Below, one piece after another: positions 46,291-56,169 of a stretch of DNA of 64,000 nucleotides. The notes beneath the pieces are model-generated. The model was not told the DNA's origin. It made no database searches and was given only the letters and a program-made list of their open reading frames with translations. This DNA is from Escherichia coli (lineage in GTDB: Bacteria > Pseudomonadota > Gammaproteobacteria > Enterobacterales > Enterobacteriaceae): the NCBI RefSeq assembly GCF_029227855.1, contig NZ_CP074356.1; one strand, 5' to 3'. Position 1 is the first letter of the stretch. The number at the start of each line of letters is the position of its first letter. Position numbers and translations under genes: made by a program.

Positions 46291-48696
46291 ATGGCAGCAG
46301 TAAAAATCTCAGGTGTGCTGAAAGATGGTGCGGGAAAACCAATACAGAACTGCACTATTCAACTGAAGGCAAAGCGTAACAGCACCACGGTACTGGTGAA
46401 CACGGTGGCTTCTGAAAATCCGGATGAAGCCGGACGTTACAGCATGGATGTTGAGTATGGCCAGTACAGCGTCACCCTGCTGGTTGAAGGTTTTCCGCCT
46501 TCACATGCCGGGACCATTACCGTCTATGAAGGCTCCAGACCAGGTACGCTGAATGATTTTCTCGGTGCCATGACGGAAGATGATGTCATGCCGGAGGCAT
46601 TGCGTCGTTTTGAGGCAATGGTGGAAGAAGTGGCACGCAACGCCGAAGCCGCCTCTCAGAGCGCAGCGGCGGCAAAGAAATCCGAAACTGCAGCGGCATC
46701 ATCAAAGAACGCGGCGAAAACCTCAGAAACGAATGCAGCTAATAGTGCACAGGCGGCAGCGACCTCAAAGACTGCATCGGCAAACTCCGCGACAGCAGCC
46801 AAAAAATCAGAAACCAACGCGAAAAATAGCGAGACAGCCGCAAAGACGAGCGAAACCAACGCAAAGTCCAGCCAGACGGCAGCGAAAACCAGCGAAACGA
46901 ATGCCAAAGCCAGTGAAACTGCGGCAAAAAACAGCCAGGTTGCAGCAGCCCAAAGCGAGAGCGCGGCAGCCGGTTCTGCGACTTCAGCAGCTGGATCAGC
47001 AACTGCTGCGGCTAACAGCCAGAAAGCTGCGAAGACGAGTGAAACTAACGCAAAGTCCAGCCAGACGGCAGCGAAGACCAGCGAAACGAATGCCAAAGCC
47101 AGTGAAACTGCGGCGAAAAGCAGTCAGGATGCAGCGGCCCAAAGCGAGAGTGCCGCAGCCAGTTCTGCAAGCGCGGCGGCTGCTTCTGCCACTGCATCAG
47201 CCAACAGTCAAAAAGCAGCAAAAACCAGTGAAACCAACGCAAAGGCGAGCGAGACTGCGGCGGCGAACTCGGCGCAAGCATCGGCAGCAAGCCAGACAGC
47301 AGCTAAAGCAAGTGAAGACGCAGCCAGAGAGTATGCAAGCCAGGCAGCGGAGCCGTATAAATATGTCTTACAGCCACTGCCTGATGTGTGGATACCGTTT
47401 AACGATTCACTGGATATGATTACGGGCTTTTCGCCATCATATAAAAAAATTGTTATTGGCGACGATGAAATAACAATGCCTGGCGACAAGATTGTAAAGT
47501 TTAAACGCGCATCGAAAGCAACTTACATTAATAAATCTGGTGTGCTGACAGAGGCTGCCATTGACGAGCCACGATTTGAACGTGATGGCCTGCTTATTGA
47601 GGGGCAAAGAACTAACCTGCTAATCAATTCAACAAATCCGACTAAATGGAACAAGTCGTCAAATATGATCTTAAGTGCATCAGGTGTAGATGATTTCGGA
47701 TTCCAGTACGCAAAATTTACATTAAAACCAGAAATGGTAGGGCAAATTTCAGCGATTAACATAGTAACCGTTTCCGGCAGTAAAGGTTTTGATGTAACAG
47801 GCGGAGAAAAGTATGTAACCATATCATGCAGGGTGCAAAGTGGCACTCCAAATTTAAGATGCCGATTACGATTTGAAAACTATGATGGTTCTACCTACAC
47901 ATTCTTAGGTGACGCTTACTTAAATACGACAGATTTATCTATTGATAAGACGGGTGGTGCCGCTAATCGCATTACTGCAAGGGCTGTTAAAGATGAAGCA
48001 AGCAAATGGATCTTTTTTGAGGCGACAATTAAGGCACTTGATACAGAAAATATGATAGGTGGAATGGTTCAGTATGCCCCGGCAAAAGGAGTGGGCACTG
48101 GCGCGGATGATTATATTTATATTGCGACCCCTCAAGTTGAAGGTGGGGCGTGCGCTTCATCGTTTATTATAACAGGCGCATCCCCTGTAACACGCGCCAG
48201 CGATATTGTAACGGTCCCCATTTCTCTAAATTGGTGCAATCCCGCTATTAGTTCATTAGCAGAAGTTAATACCAATTGGGATGAATCGCCAAACAAAGAA
48301 GGTAGCGCACGTATTCTTAATATTTCCACTACGGGAGATACAACTGAAATTGCAGATGAAAGTTATATGTATTTGGGGTATACATCTTTGGGAGCACGCG
48401 CAATCATTACAAATGGTAAAGGCACTAAAATAGAATATAAAAGCGTTATAGAACGACCAGAGAGAAAAAGCATTATCGGCTTTAGATTCACAGAAAGTCG
48501 AGAATTGTGTGTTGTGGTTAACGGTAATATTGGTGCTAAGGTGGTTTCTCCTTATAAAAAACACAAATATACAGGAGGCTTCATTAATATTGGTGGTCAA
48601 TCATCATCCGGCAACCGTCACCTATTTGGACACGTTCGAAATCTGCGTATTTGGCACAAGGCATTGACTGATGCTCAGATGGGGGAGTCAATCTAA
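46291..48696 (+). CDS. stf: side tail fibre Stf with a repetitive Ala/Ser/Thr/Lys shaft and a non-lambda distal half
   Basis: The N-terminus MAAVKISGVLKDGAGKPIQNCTIQLKAKRNSTT..GRYSMDVEYGQYSV..GFPPSHAGTITVYE matches lambda Stf. The distal 430 aa are unrelated to lambda and end ..NRHLFGHVRNLRIWHKALTDAQMGESI. Confidence 0.85.
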   Translation: MAAVKISGVLKDGAGKPIQNCTIQLKAKRNSTTVLVNTVASENPDEAGRYSMDVEYGQYSVTLLVEGFPPSHAGTITVYEGSRPGTLNDFLGAMTEDDVMPEALRRFEAMVEEVARNAEAASQSAAAAKKSETAAASSKNAAKTSETNAANSAQAAATSKTASANSATAAKKSETNAKNSETAAKTSETNAKSSQTAAKTSETNAKASETAAKNSQVAAAQSESAAAGSATSAAGSATAAANSQKAAKTSETNAKSSQTAAKTSETNAKASETAAKSSQDAAAQSESAAASSASAAAASATASANSQKAAKTSETNAKASETAAANSAQASAASQTAAKASEDAAREYASQAAEPYKYVLQPLPDVWIPFNDSLDMITGFSPSYKKIVIGDDEITMPGDKIVKFKRASKATYINKSGVLTEAAIDEPRFERDGLLIEGQRTNLLINSTNPTKWNKSSNMILSASGVDDFGFQYAKFTLKPEMVGQISAINIVTVSGSKGFDVTGGEKYVTISCRVQSGTPNLRCRLRFENYDGSTYTFLGDAYLNTTDLSIDKTGGAANRITARAVKDEASKWIFFEATIKALDTENMIGGMVQYAPAKGVGTGADDYIYIATPQVEGGACASSFIITGASPVTRASDIVTVPISLNWCNPAISSLAEVNTNWDESPNKEGSARILNISTTGDTTEIADESYMYLGYTSLGARAIITNGKGTKIEYKSVIERPERKSIIGFRFTESRELCVVVNGNIGAKVVSPYKKHKYTGGFINIGGQSSSGNRHLFGHVRNLRIWHKALTDAQMGESI
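46837..47290 (+). repeat. in-frame tandem duplication (2 x 189 bp plus a partial third unit) within stf, built from shorter 42-bp-type AAKTSETNAK units
   Basis: Unit starts are at 46837, 47026 and 47215. The units are near-identical at the DNA level (AAKTSETNAKSSQTAAKTSETNAKASETAAK.SQ.AAAQSESAAA...). Confidence 0.85.
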
Positions 48697-48977
48697 TGAA
48701 AGATTTAACACTCAAATTTGCCGACAGGGCCGATTTTTCGGCCTTTATGGGAAGTATTGGCTATTATAATGACGAGTCGATGCAGGATGATATTCTGATT
48801 GATGTGATAGGTAACGTGTACAAAGAAACCGGAGAGCTGACTGAAGATGGCGAACCGGTATGTGTTAAGGAAGATGGATATTTTGTAAACGTGCGCATCA
48901 TTAAGGATACGCAAATATCGTCATTATTCGATGAATACGCGGTTGCTGTTGAGCATCAACTTCGTGGCTGGATGTGA
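48696..48977 (+). CDS. hypothetical acidic 93-aa protein coupled to stf (possible fibre accessory/chaperone)
   Basis: TAATG overlap with the stf stop. No family recognised. Confidence 0.5.
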   Translation: MKDLTLKFADRADFSAFMGSIGYYNDESMQDDILIDVIGNVYKETGELTEDGEPVCVKEDGYFVNVRIIKDTQISSLFDEYAVAVEHQLRGWM

Positions 48978-48986
48978 GGTAGAGAA

Positions 48987-49691
48987 ATGGCTACATCAAC
49001 AGTAATTCCGGGAGACATCACCACGCTGAAGGGAGATGTTAGTAAAGCAAAGGAAGATATTTCCTCTATTAACGGAAAAGTATCAACGCTTCAGACTGAT
49101 ATGGCCAGTGCAAAGCAGGATATCAGCACCAGATACACAAAAACTGAAGTTGATAATAAGCTGAAAAACAAAGTGGAAGTGAACGATCTGGAAAGTGGTC
49201 GTTATGGCGGAGATTTTTACCCGCTGACTGGCCGTGAAGCGTTTTATTTATGGGGATTGGGCACAACTACAGCGGCGGCAAATCTTTATCTTAATCCTGA
49301 CCCTGCAATTTCGTCTGTGCTGCGGTCAACATCGTCTATCCGCTATAAACATTCAGTAGAGACGATAGATTCAGAGCACGCCGATCTCATTTTCAGGATG
49401 CGCCCTGTGTGGTACAGGTCGCAATGCGAAAATGACAGGCGTGACTGGGGATTCTATGGATTGATTGCCGAGGAAGTTGGAGAAATTGCCCCTCAGTTTG
49501 TTCACTGGCGACCAGCCAACGAAGATGATGCACCGGAAACCATTTCCAGCAATGGCCTTGTTGCCGAAGGTGTAATGTACGAACGTCTGGTTGTTCCACT
49601 GATTCACCATATCCAGAAGCTGACTGAAAGAGTTGATGAACTTGAGTCAGAATTAAAGTTGTTATCCGTTTCCCGAAGCGATATCGGATAA
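48987..49691 (+). CDS. short fibre-like protein with a C-terminal peptidase S74 intramolecular-chaperone domain
   Basis: An N-terminal coiled coil (GDVSKAKEDISSINGKVSTLQTDMASAKQDIS) is followed by TSSIRYKHSVETI (SxxRxK autocleavage-type motif), GLIAEEV and a C-terminal helix ..KLTERVDELESELKLL, as in endosialidase / T5 pb1 chaperone domains. Confidence 0.6.
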   Translation: MATSTVIPGDITTLKGDVSKAKEDISSINGKVSTLQTDMASAKQDISTRYTKTEVDNKLKNKVEVNDLESGRYGGDFYPLTGREAFYLWGLGTTTAAANLYLNPDPAISSVLRSTSSIRYKHSVETIDSEHADLIFRMRPVWYRSQCENDRRDWGFYGLIAEEVGEIAPQFVHWRPANEDDAPETISSNGLVAEGVMYERLVVPLIHHIQKLTERVDELESELKLLSVSRSDIG

Positions 49692-49701
49692 AGGAGGCGT
49701 A

Positions 49702-49995
49702 ATGGATATAACACCTTTCCTTCATGCACTTTGTGCTGTGGCTGCGCAGGTACTGGTTGGTCTTTTTACCGGAAACTGGGCTTACGGGGCGATAGCTGGT
49801 TGTACGTTCTTCATTGCGCGTGAACATACCCAGGCAGAATATCGCTGGATTGAAATGTTCGGGCATGGCAAGCGTATGAATATGCCGTGGTGGGGCGGTT
49901 TTGATCCGCGTGCGTGGGATGTGGCAAGCCTGATGGATTTTGCTGTGCCGGTGGTGGCGTGTCTGCTGGTCTGGCTGTTGGTTAATCGTGGGTGA
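49702..49995 (+). CDS. hypothetical 97-aa membrane protein (3 hydrophobic segments)
   Basis: The segments are LHALCAVAAQVLVGLFTGNWAYGAIAGCTFFIA and ..FAVPVVACLLVWLLV. Follows the fibre genes. Confidence 0.5.
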   Translation: MDITPFLHALCAVAAQVLVGLFTGNWAYGAIAGCTFFIAREHTQAEYRWIEMFGHGKRMNMPWWGGFDPRAWDVASLMDFAVPVVACLLVWLLVNRG

Positions 49996-50005
49996 AAAAA
50001 GGTGA

Positions 50006-50125
50006 GCTGTATATGCAACGGAGGAAGAAACCTCGTTGCGGGAAGCCTTGAAGAAGTATCGGGTGTTGCTGAACCGTGTTGATACGTCAACTGCACAGGA
50101 TATTGAATGGCCAGCACTGCCGTAG
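50006..50125 (+). pseudogene. tfa: 3-prime remnant of a tail fibre assembly gene (tfa)
   Basis: The frame reads ..[36 protein letters not shown], the conserved Tfa C-terminus. It is preceded by an in-frame stop at 50003-50005 and has no start. Confidence 0.75.
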
Positions 50126-50222
50126 GGTAAAACATATAAATTCTATAATTAGATGTATCTTTCCATTTACGGCAAGGAAGGGGGCTTGGAAGACGTAAGG
50201 CATCTCACACCGAGATTATTTT

Positions 50223-50813
50223 TTATATGTCAGGTGTCTGAAGTTTTGCTTTGGCTCTTAAAATGGTTTGCCGCGAGGTTTTGAATTCCCGGGCAATGGC
50301 ACTTATACTTACACCTGACTTAATCCGTTCGAATACCACCTGTTTCTGTTCTTCATTTAACACAGGTGGTCGACCAAAACGTTTCCCTGCGCCCCGGGCT
50401 CTTACTATCCCGGAATGAGTGCGTTCAAGTAAAAGGTCTCGTTCAAATTCAGCGACTGCTGAAATTACTTGCATCATCATTTTTCCTGTTGGACTGGTCA
50501 GGTCAATGCCCCCCAATGCTAAGCAATGCACTCTGATACCTGTTTCGGTCAGTTGTTCCACTGTTTTCCTGATATCCATTGCATTACAACCAAGGCGATC
50601 CAGTTTTGTCACAATCAATTGATCACCACATTTCAGGCGAGCAAGCAACCGGTTAAAACCAGGACGCTCACTGGTTGCTGCTGAGCCGCTAATGTGTTCT
50701 TCGATTATTTGCTGAGGTTTGATTTTAAAACCTGCACTTTCGATTTCCCGGCGTTGATTTTCGGTGGTCTGATCCAGCGTTGATATCCGACAGTAAGCAA
50801 AAATTCGAGACAT
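50223..50813 (-). CDS. pinQ: serine recombinase / DNA invertase Pin
   Basis: 196 aa, [57 protein letters not shown].. Essentially recalled PinQ/PinR. Confidence 0.95.
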
Positions 50814-51129
50814 AGTGAGACTCTATACGAAATTGGTGTTCATATCATAATGCATCTCAGAAAATAATTTTGATTATTTTTTTGCATGTTTGTATGTACA
50901 CGTTCGAAAATAAACGAATGCGTATGCAACCCCGTAATTTTGGTGAGACCCAAAATCGATTTTGTGAAAAATGGCTTTAACTCGGTTTGTTTTTCGAGTT
51001 CCGGGCGGACTCAAGGAAGAAGAATAGTGTTGCGTGTTATTTTAACCAGATTTCAAGTTGTTTGGTCGTGGAAAAGTGGAGCAAAATGTTGTTAAAGTGG
51101 AAAAATGATAAAAAAGTAAGTTTATTATA

Positions 51130-51363
51130 TTACATTTTACCATTTAAATTTTGGTTGTCTTTAAGAACTGATATCGCTGTTTGTAATAATTCTTTGTTAT
51201 CCAGCCATGATTTGTTCTTTATGTTTCCTTCAATGTAATCAAGCAATGTTCTGGTATTGATAGGTCTTCCCTGTTTTGCTACTTCCACTACAGCATCCCC
51301 TAGGATAATTCTGACTTCAGGAAGCTGCGCAGGGAACCACTTTAGGGTGTCTTTTGATTTCAT
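51130..51363 (-). CDS. ydfK: YdfK/YnaE family cold-shock-induced prophage protein
   Basis: 77 aa, MKSKDTLKWFPAQLPEVRIILGDAVVEVAKQGRPINTRTLLDYIEGNIK... Recalled YdfK. Confidence 0.9.
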   Translation of the reverse strand: MKSKDTLKWFPAQLPEVRIILGDAVVEVAKQGRPINTRTLLDYIEGNIKNKSWLDNKELLQTAISVLKDNQNLNGKM

Positions 51364-52145
51364 GAATATATTCCTTAAAATATTATTGATTTTCATTGCG
51401 ATATTGTATGTCTGATTCAGGATATGTTGACTTATACATCGGTTTTGTCTGGGTTATTGGATATGCCAATCCCTAATTTTATTAGAGCATGACTAAAAAT
51501 GCTGAATATGATAAGGAGCGAAGTGATTATCAGTATGCTGTTCATATAGCCTCGAATTAGTAATGTGTTATATATGATATAGTTGACAATTTTTATCCTG
51601 GGTGTTCTTAAAGTTCGTAGATAAACATTGTCGTTTCAGGTATACAGGAATGCTAACAGATGGCGGCAAAAATCAGGCGGTTTATGGCGCAAGCTGAAGT
51701 GGCAACTGCAAACTATCTTATGCAGAGACTCTACACGGATTGGGTTTAAAAGTATACATAGATAACAGTTTTTATCTGAAGAAGAAAAATATCAAGGTGA
51801 TATAGCCTATATGCCTTTGATGCGGAGGAATGAATGTGATGGGAGTGATGTATCTGAATAGTTGAAAAACCGCAGACACGCCTTATGCAAGAACGTGCTG
51901 CGGTTGGCTGGTAAATTTTTCGATAGTGCGAGTATTGAATGATTTCCAGCCGTTATTGATTTTACGCGTAACTCCATGAAAAAACTACTTATCTGTTGAG
52001 GAGTTTTTTGGGGCATATATGGGACAGAAATAGGCCCCAGATAGACACTGAGATCGAACTTAGGATGCTTTTTAAAAAATGCAACTATCTGAAAAAACCT
52101 AGAAAACGCCAAGGAAACCACAGGATGGGAAAAAACACCTGTGAA

Positions 52146-52156
52146 TTATGGATTTC
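52146..52156. repeat. attR core (TTATGGATTTC)
   Basis: Second copy of the 11-mer, at the resumption of ydfJ. Confidence 0.8.
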
Positions 52157-53431
52157 CAGTTATATTCGCTCGGCGCAGCGTTAGTGTTTCATGAAATATT
52201 TTTTCCTGAATCATCAACGGCAATGGCGTTAATTCTGGCAATGGGAACCTACGGTGCAGGTTATGTGGCGCGTATTGTCGGAGCATTTATTTTCGGCAAA
52301 ATGGGCGACAGAATCGGGCGTAAAAAAGTGCTCTTTATTACCATCACCATGATGGGGATCTGTACCACCTTAATTGGTGTGCTGCCGACCTATGCACAAA
52401 TTGGTGTGTTTGCGCCAATTTTGCTGGTGACGCTGCGTATTATTCAGGGGCTGGGGGCAGGCGCGGAAATTTCCGGTGCCGGCACGATGCTGGCGGAATA
52501 TGCACCAAAAGGTAAGCGCGGAATTATCTCCTCATTTGTTGCTATGGGGACTAACTGCGGAACCTTGAGCGCAACGGCAATCTGGGCCTTTATGTTCTTC
52601 ATTCTCAGTAAAGAGGAACTGCTGGCGTGGGGATGGCGTATACCGTTCCTGGCGAGCGTTGTCGTGATGGTCTTTGCTATCTGGTTGCGTATGAATCTGA
52701 AAGAAAGCCCGGTCTTTGAGAAGGTTAACGACAGCAACCAACCGACAGCAAAACCTGCACCTGCTGGTAGCATGTTCCAGAGCAAATCCTTCTGGCTGGC
52801 AACAGGGCTGCGTTTTGGTCAGGCTGGTAACTCCGGTTTAATTCAGACTTTCCTTGCAGGCTATTTAGTGCAGACGTTATTGTTTAACAAAGCAATTCCA
52901 ACAGATGCATTGATGATCAGTTCGATTCTCGGCTTTATGACCATTCCGTTCCTTGGTTGGTTATCCGATAAAATTGGTCGCCGGATCCCGTATATTATTA
53001 TGAATACCTCTGCGATTGTGCTGGCGTGGCCAATGCTTTCTATCATCGTAGATAAAAGCTATGCCCCGAGCACCATTATGGTTGCACTGATTGTGATTCA
53101 TAACTGTGCGGTGCTGGGATTATTTGCTCTGGAAAACATTACCATGGCAGAAATGTTCGGCTGTAAAAACCGCTTTACCCGGATGGCTATTTCTAAAGAA
53201 ATTGGTGGTCTTATCGCTTCCGGTTTTGGTCCTATCCTGGCGGGTATTTTCTGCACCATGACGGAATCCTGGTATCCGATCGCCATTATGATCATGGCAT
53301 ATTCAGTGATTGGTTTAATCTCTGCGCTGAAAATGCCAGAAGTGAAAGACCGTGATTTAAGTGCGCTGGAAGACGCTGCGGAAGATCAACCGCGTGTTGT
53401 CAGAGCTGCGCAACCTTCCAGAAGTCTTTAA
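52148..53431 (+). pseudogene. ydfJ: 3-prime portion of MFS transporter gene ydfJ (427 codons), separated from its 5-prime end by the prophage
   Basis: MDFQLYSLGAALVFHEIFFPESSTAMALILAMGTYGAGYVARIVGAFIFGKMGDRIGRKK.. In-frame stop at 52142-52144 upstream. Confidence 0.85.
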
Positions 53432-53519
53432 ATCCTCAATCCCTTCTCTTACCGGAGAGGGGATTTTTATTCATATAACAAAACATGTAGCTTGCCATAT
53501 TTATGTTTAAGGAATTGTT

Positions 53520-54980
53520 ATGGGAAATAATTTGTTATCAGCAAAAGCGACACTCCCTGTTTATGATCGTAATAACCTGGCCCCAAGAATTGTTCATTTA
53601 GGCTTTGGTGCATTTCACCGTGCGCATCAGGGCGTGTATGCCGATATTCTTGCTACAAAACATTTCAGTGATTGGGGATATTATGAGGTCAACTTAATCG
53701 GCGGCGAACAGCAAATTGCCGATTTACAACAGCAAGATAATCTTTATACCGTTGCGGAAATGTCGGCCGATGCGTGGACGGCTCGCGTCGTTGGCGTCGT
53801 TAAAAAAGCCTTGCACATACAAATAGATGGCTTAGAAACCGTGCTGGCTGCGATGTGTGAACCGCAAATCGCGATTGTCTCTCTGACAATCACCGAAAAA
53901 GGGTATTTCCACTCTCCGGCGACCGGACAGTTAATGCTCGATCACCCGATGGTCGTTGCCGACGTACAAAATCCCCACCAGCCGAAAACTGCAACAGGGG
54001 TGATTGTCGAGGCGCTGGCTCGCCGTAAAGCGGCAGGACTTCCCGCATTTACCGTCATGTCATGTGACAACATGCCAGAAAACGGTCATGTTATGCGTGA
54101 CGTTGTCACTTCCTACGCGCAAGCTGTTGATGTAAAACTGGCACAATGGATCGAAGAAAACGTGACTTTCCCATCAACAATGGTGGACCGTATTGTGCCC
54201 GCAGTGACAGAGGATACGCTGGCGAAAATCGAACAACTTACCGGTGTGCGCGATCCTGCTGGCGTTGCCTGTGAACCTTTCCGCCAGTGGGTAATAGAAG
54301 ATAACTTTGTTGCCGGACGTCCGGAATGGGAAAAAGCGGGAGCCGAACTGGTTAGTGATGTGCTGCCTTATGAAGAGATGAAGTTGCGCATGCTCAACGG
54401 CAGTCATTCATTCCTGGCGTATCTGGGGTATCTTGCCGGATATCAGCACATTAATGACTGTATGGAAGATGAACATTATCGTCATGCAGCGTATGCCTTG
54501 ATGTTGCAGGAACAAGCGCCGACGTTGAAAGTGCAGGGCGTTGATTTGCAAGATTACGCTAACCGATTAATTGAACGCTATAGCAACCCGGCGCTACGTC
54601 ATCGAACCTGGCAGATTGCGATGGATGGCAGCCAGAAATTGCCACAGCGGATGTTGGATTCTGTTCGCTGGCATCTGGCGCATGACAGCAAGTTCGATCT
54701 GCTGGCGCTGGGCGTCGCAGGTTGGATGCGTTATGTCGGTGGTGTTGATGAACAGGGAAATCCGATAGAAATCAGTGACCCACTGTTACCTGTTATTCAG
54801 AAGGCTGTACAAAGTAGTGCCGAAGGGAAAGCGCGCGTCCAGTCATTGCTGGCGATTAAGGCGATCTTTGGTGATGATTTGCCAGACAATAGCTTGTTTA
54901 CTGCAAAAGTGACGGAAGCGTACTTGTCTTTATTAGCGCATGGTGCGAAAGCGACCGTGGCGAAATATTCCGTGAAGTAA
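53520..54980 (+). CDS. ydfI: mannitol dehydrogenase family oxidoreductase YdfI
   Basis: 486 aa, ..[19 protein letters not shown].. Synteny. Confidence 0.9.
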   Translation: MGNNLLSAKATLPVYDRNNLAPRIVHLGFGAFHRAHQGVYADILATKHFSDWGYYEVNLIGGEQQIADLQQQDNLYTVAEMSADAWTARVVGVVKKALHIQIDGLETVLAAMCEPQIAIVSLTITEKGYFHSPATGQLMLDHPMVVADVQNPHQPKTATGVIVEALARRKAAGLPAFTVMSCDNMPENGHVMRDVVTSYAQAVDVKLAQWIEENVTFPSTMVDRIVPAVTEDTLAKIEQLTGVRDPAGVACEPFRQWVIEDNFVAGRPEWEKAGAELVSDVLPYEEMKLRMLNGSHSFLAYLGYLAGYQHINDCMEDEHYRHAAYALMLQEQAPTLKVQGVDLQDYANRLIERYSNPALRHRTWQIAMDGSQKLPQRMLDSVRWHLAHDSKFDLLALGVAGWMRYVGGVDEQGNPIEISDPLLPVIQKAVQSSAEGKARVQSLLAIKAIFGDDLPDNSLFTAKVTEAYLSLLAHGAKATVAKYSVK

Positions 54981-55014
54981 AAAAGCAATGCCGCCATCGG
55001 CGGCATTCACACGC

Positions 55015-55218
55015 TTAGTTCATGCCGAGACGAATCAGGTCCAGAGGTGCCAGTTTCTCTTCACAACCTTCAACAACTACGGTTTTTCCGCGGCGGATTT
55101 GCTCAGCGGTCAGACCTTCAGTATCAATCGACAGGATCTTGCCAGTGTGACCGGTGCCGCTAACCATAACACGGCTGCCAGTGGTGATTGCGTTACGGTT
55201 ACGATCGTAGGTCGTCAT
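55015..55218 (-). CDS. ydfZ: putative selenium-binding protein YdfZ
   Basis: 67 aa, [67 protein letters not shown]. Recalled YdfZ. Confidence 0.9.
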
Positions 55219-55394
55219 AGGTGTTTTCTCCTTTCTGATTTACAGTCGAAGCCCACGTAACGGGCGCAATATAAATACTCCTGTCGAGTGAAATATTTTT
55301 TGTTTTTGATCAAGCTCACATCTTTTTTGATGCATGCATGAGCCATAAGGCGGGGGGAAAGACTCTCACCCCGGATGGGATGAGAGGAAATGAA

Positions 55395-56081
55395 TTACTC
55401 TTCGCTAAACCAGTCGCTGTTTTCCTGGCGGATCTGGCGCACGGATTCGCTGATTTCCTGCAAATGTTGCGTCATTGCACGTTCTACCGCATCGCCATCA
55501 CGTTTTTGCAGGGCAGAGAAAATATCAAGATGCTGGCGTAACAGCATTTCTGGTGGAGAAACGTGGTCGAAACTCATATAGCGCACGCGATCAACGGTCG
55601 CTTTCAGGTTCTCAATGGTATCCCACGCCAGTTGACAGTCGGCAATCTGGGTCAGGAGTTGATGGAAGTTGTCATCAAGTTCAAAAAAATCATCCAGTTG
55701 CTTGCGCTCAATGGCAATGCGTTGCTGGTGAAGATTTTGTTCCAGTTGGTAGCACTGGCTTTCGGTAATCATGCTCGCCGCCCGACGCGCCACCGCGCAC
55801 TCAATGGCCTGACGGATAAAACTGCCGTTGCGCACCTGGGCCATGGAAATTTTGTTGACGTAGCTGCCACGCTGCGGACGAATTTGAATCAGGCCGTTTT
55901 CCGCCAGTTTAATAAAGGCTTCACGAACCGGCTGGCGTGACACATTGAAACGAACAGAAACTTCTTTTTCCGACAACGGTGTGCCTGGTGCAATCAGGCA
56001 ATGGACAATGTCGCGACGAAGAATACGATAAATCTGCTGATTGACAGGCTGTGTGGGATTAAGTTGCGTTTCGACGGTCAT
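55395..56081 (-). CDS. rspR: GntR/FadR family regulator RspR (YdfH)
   Basis: 228 aa. N-terminal wHTH ([39 protein letters not shown]) followed by an FCD domain. Confidence 0.9.
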
Positions 56082-56169
56082 TCGTTCTTGCTTGTGAGTG
56101 AGTTAACTGCATGAGTCTACCACTTTTTTGTGACAAGCAATAACCCGGCAGTTACGCCGGGTATAAAAA

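Larger units (their letters stand above)
5368..52156. mobile_element. complete-looking lambdoid prophage (Qin-like early region, lambda-like morphogenesis) integrated in ydfJ
   Basis: Bounded by the 11-bp direct repeat. Carries int/xis at the left end, immunity, replication, Q, lysis, terminase, head, tail and fibre modules in lambda order. Confidence 0.9.

Noticed and set aside
46650-47310. Possible CRISPR-like periodic repeats
   Set aside because: The repeats are contiguous, in-frame coding repeats with no unique spacers, and no cas genes are nearby.
46580-47419. 279-aa plus-strand alternative-frame ORF, and several minus-strand ORFs (46656-47096, 47045-47290, 47208-47489), in the stf repeat region
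   Set aside because: These low-complexity R/Q/P- or A/F/V-rich products are generated by the periodic GC-rich repeats. The Stf frame has lambda homology at its N-terminus.
51807-52121. 104-aa minus-strand ORF in the AT-rich right arm next to attR
   Set aside because: It has no SD and AT-driven composition. The region is more likely attP-arm (integrase/IHF binding) sequence.
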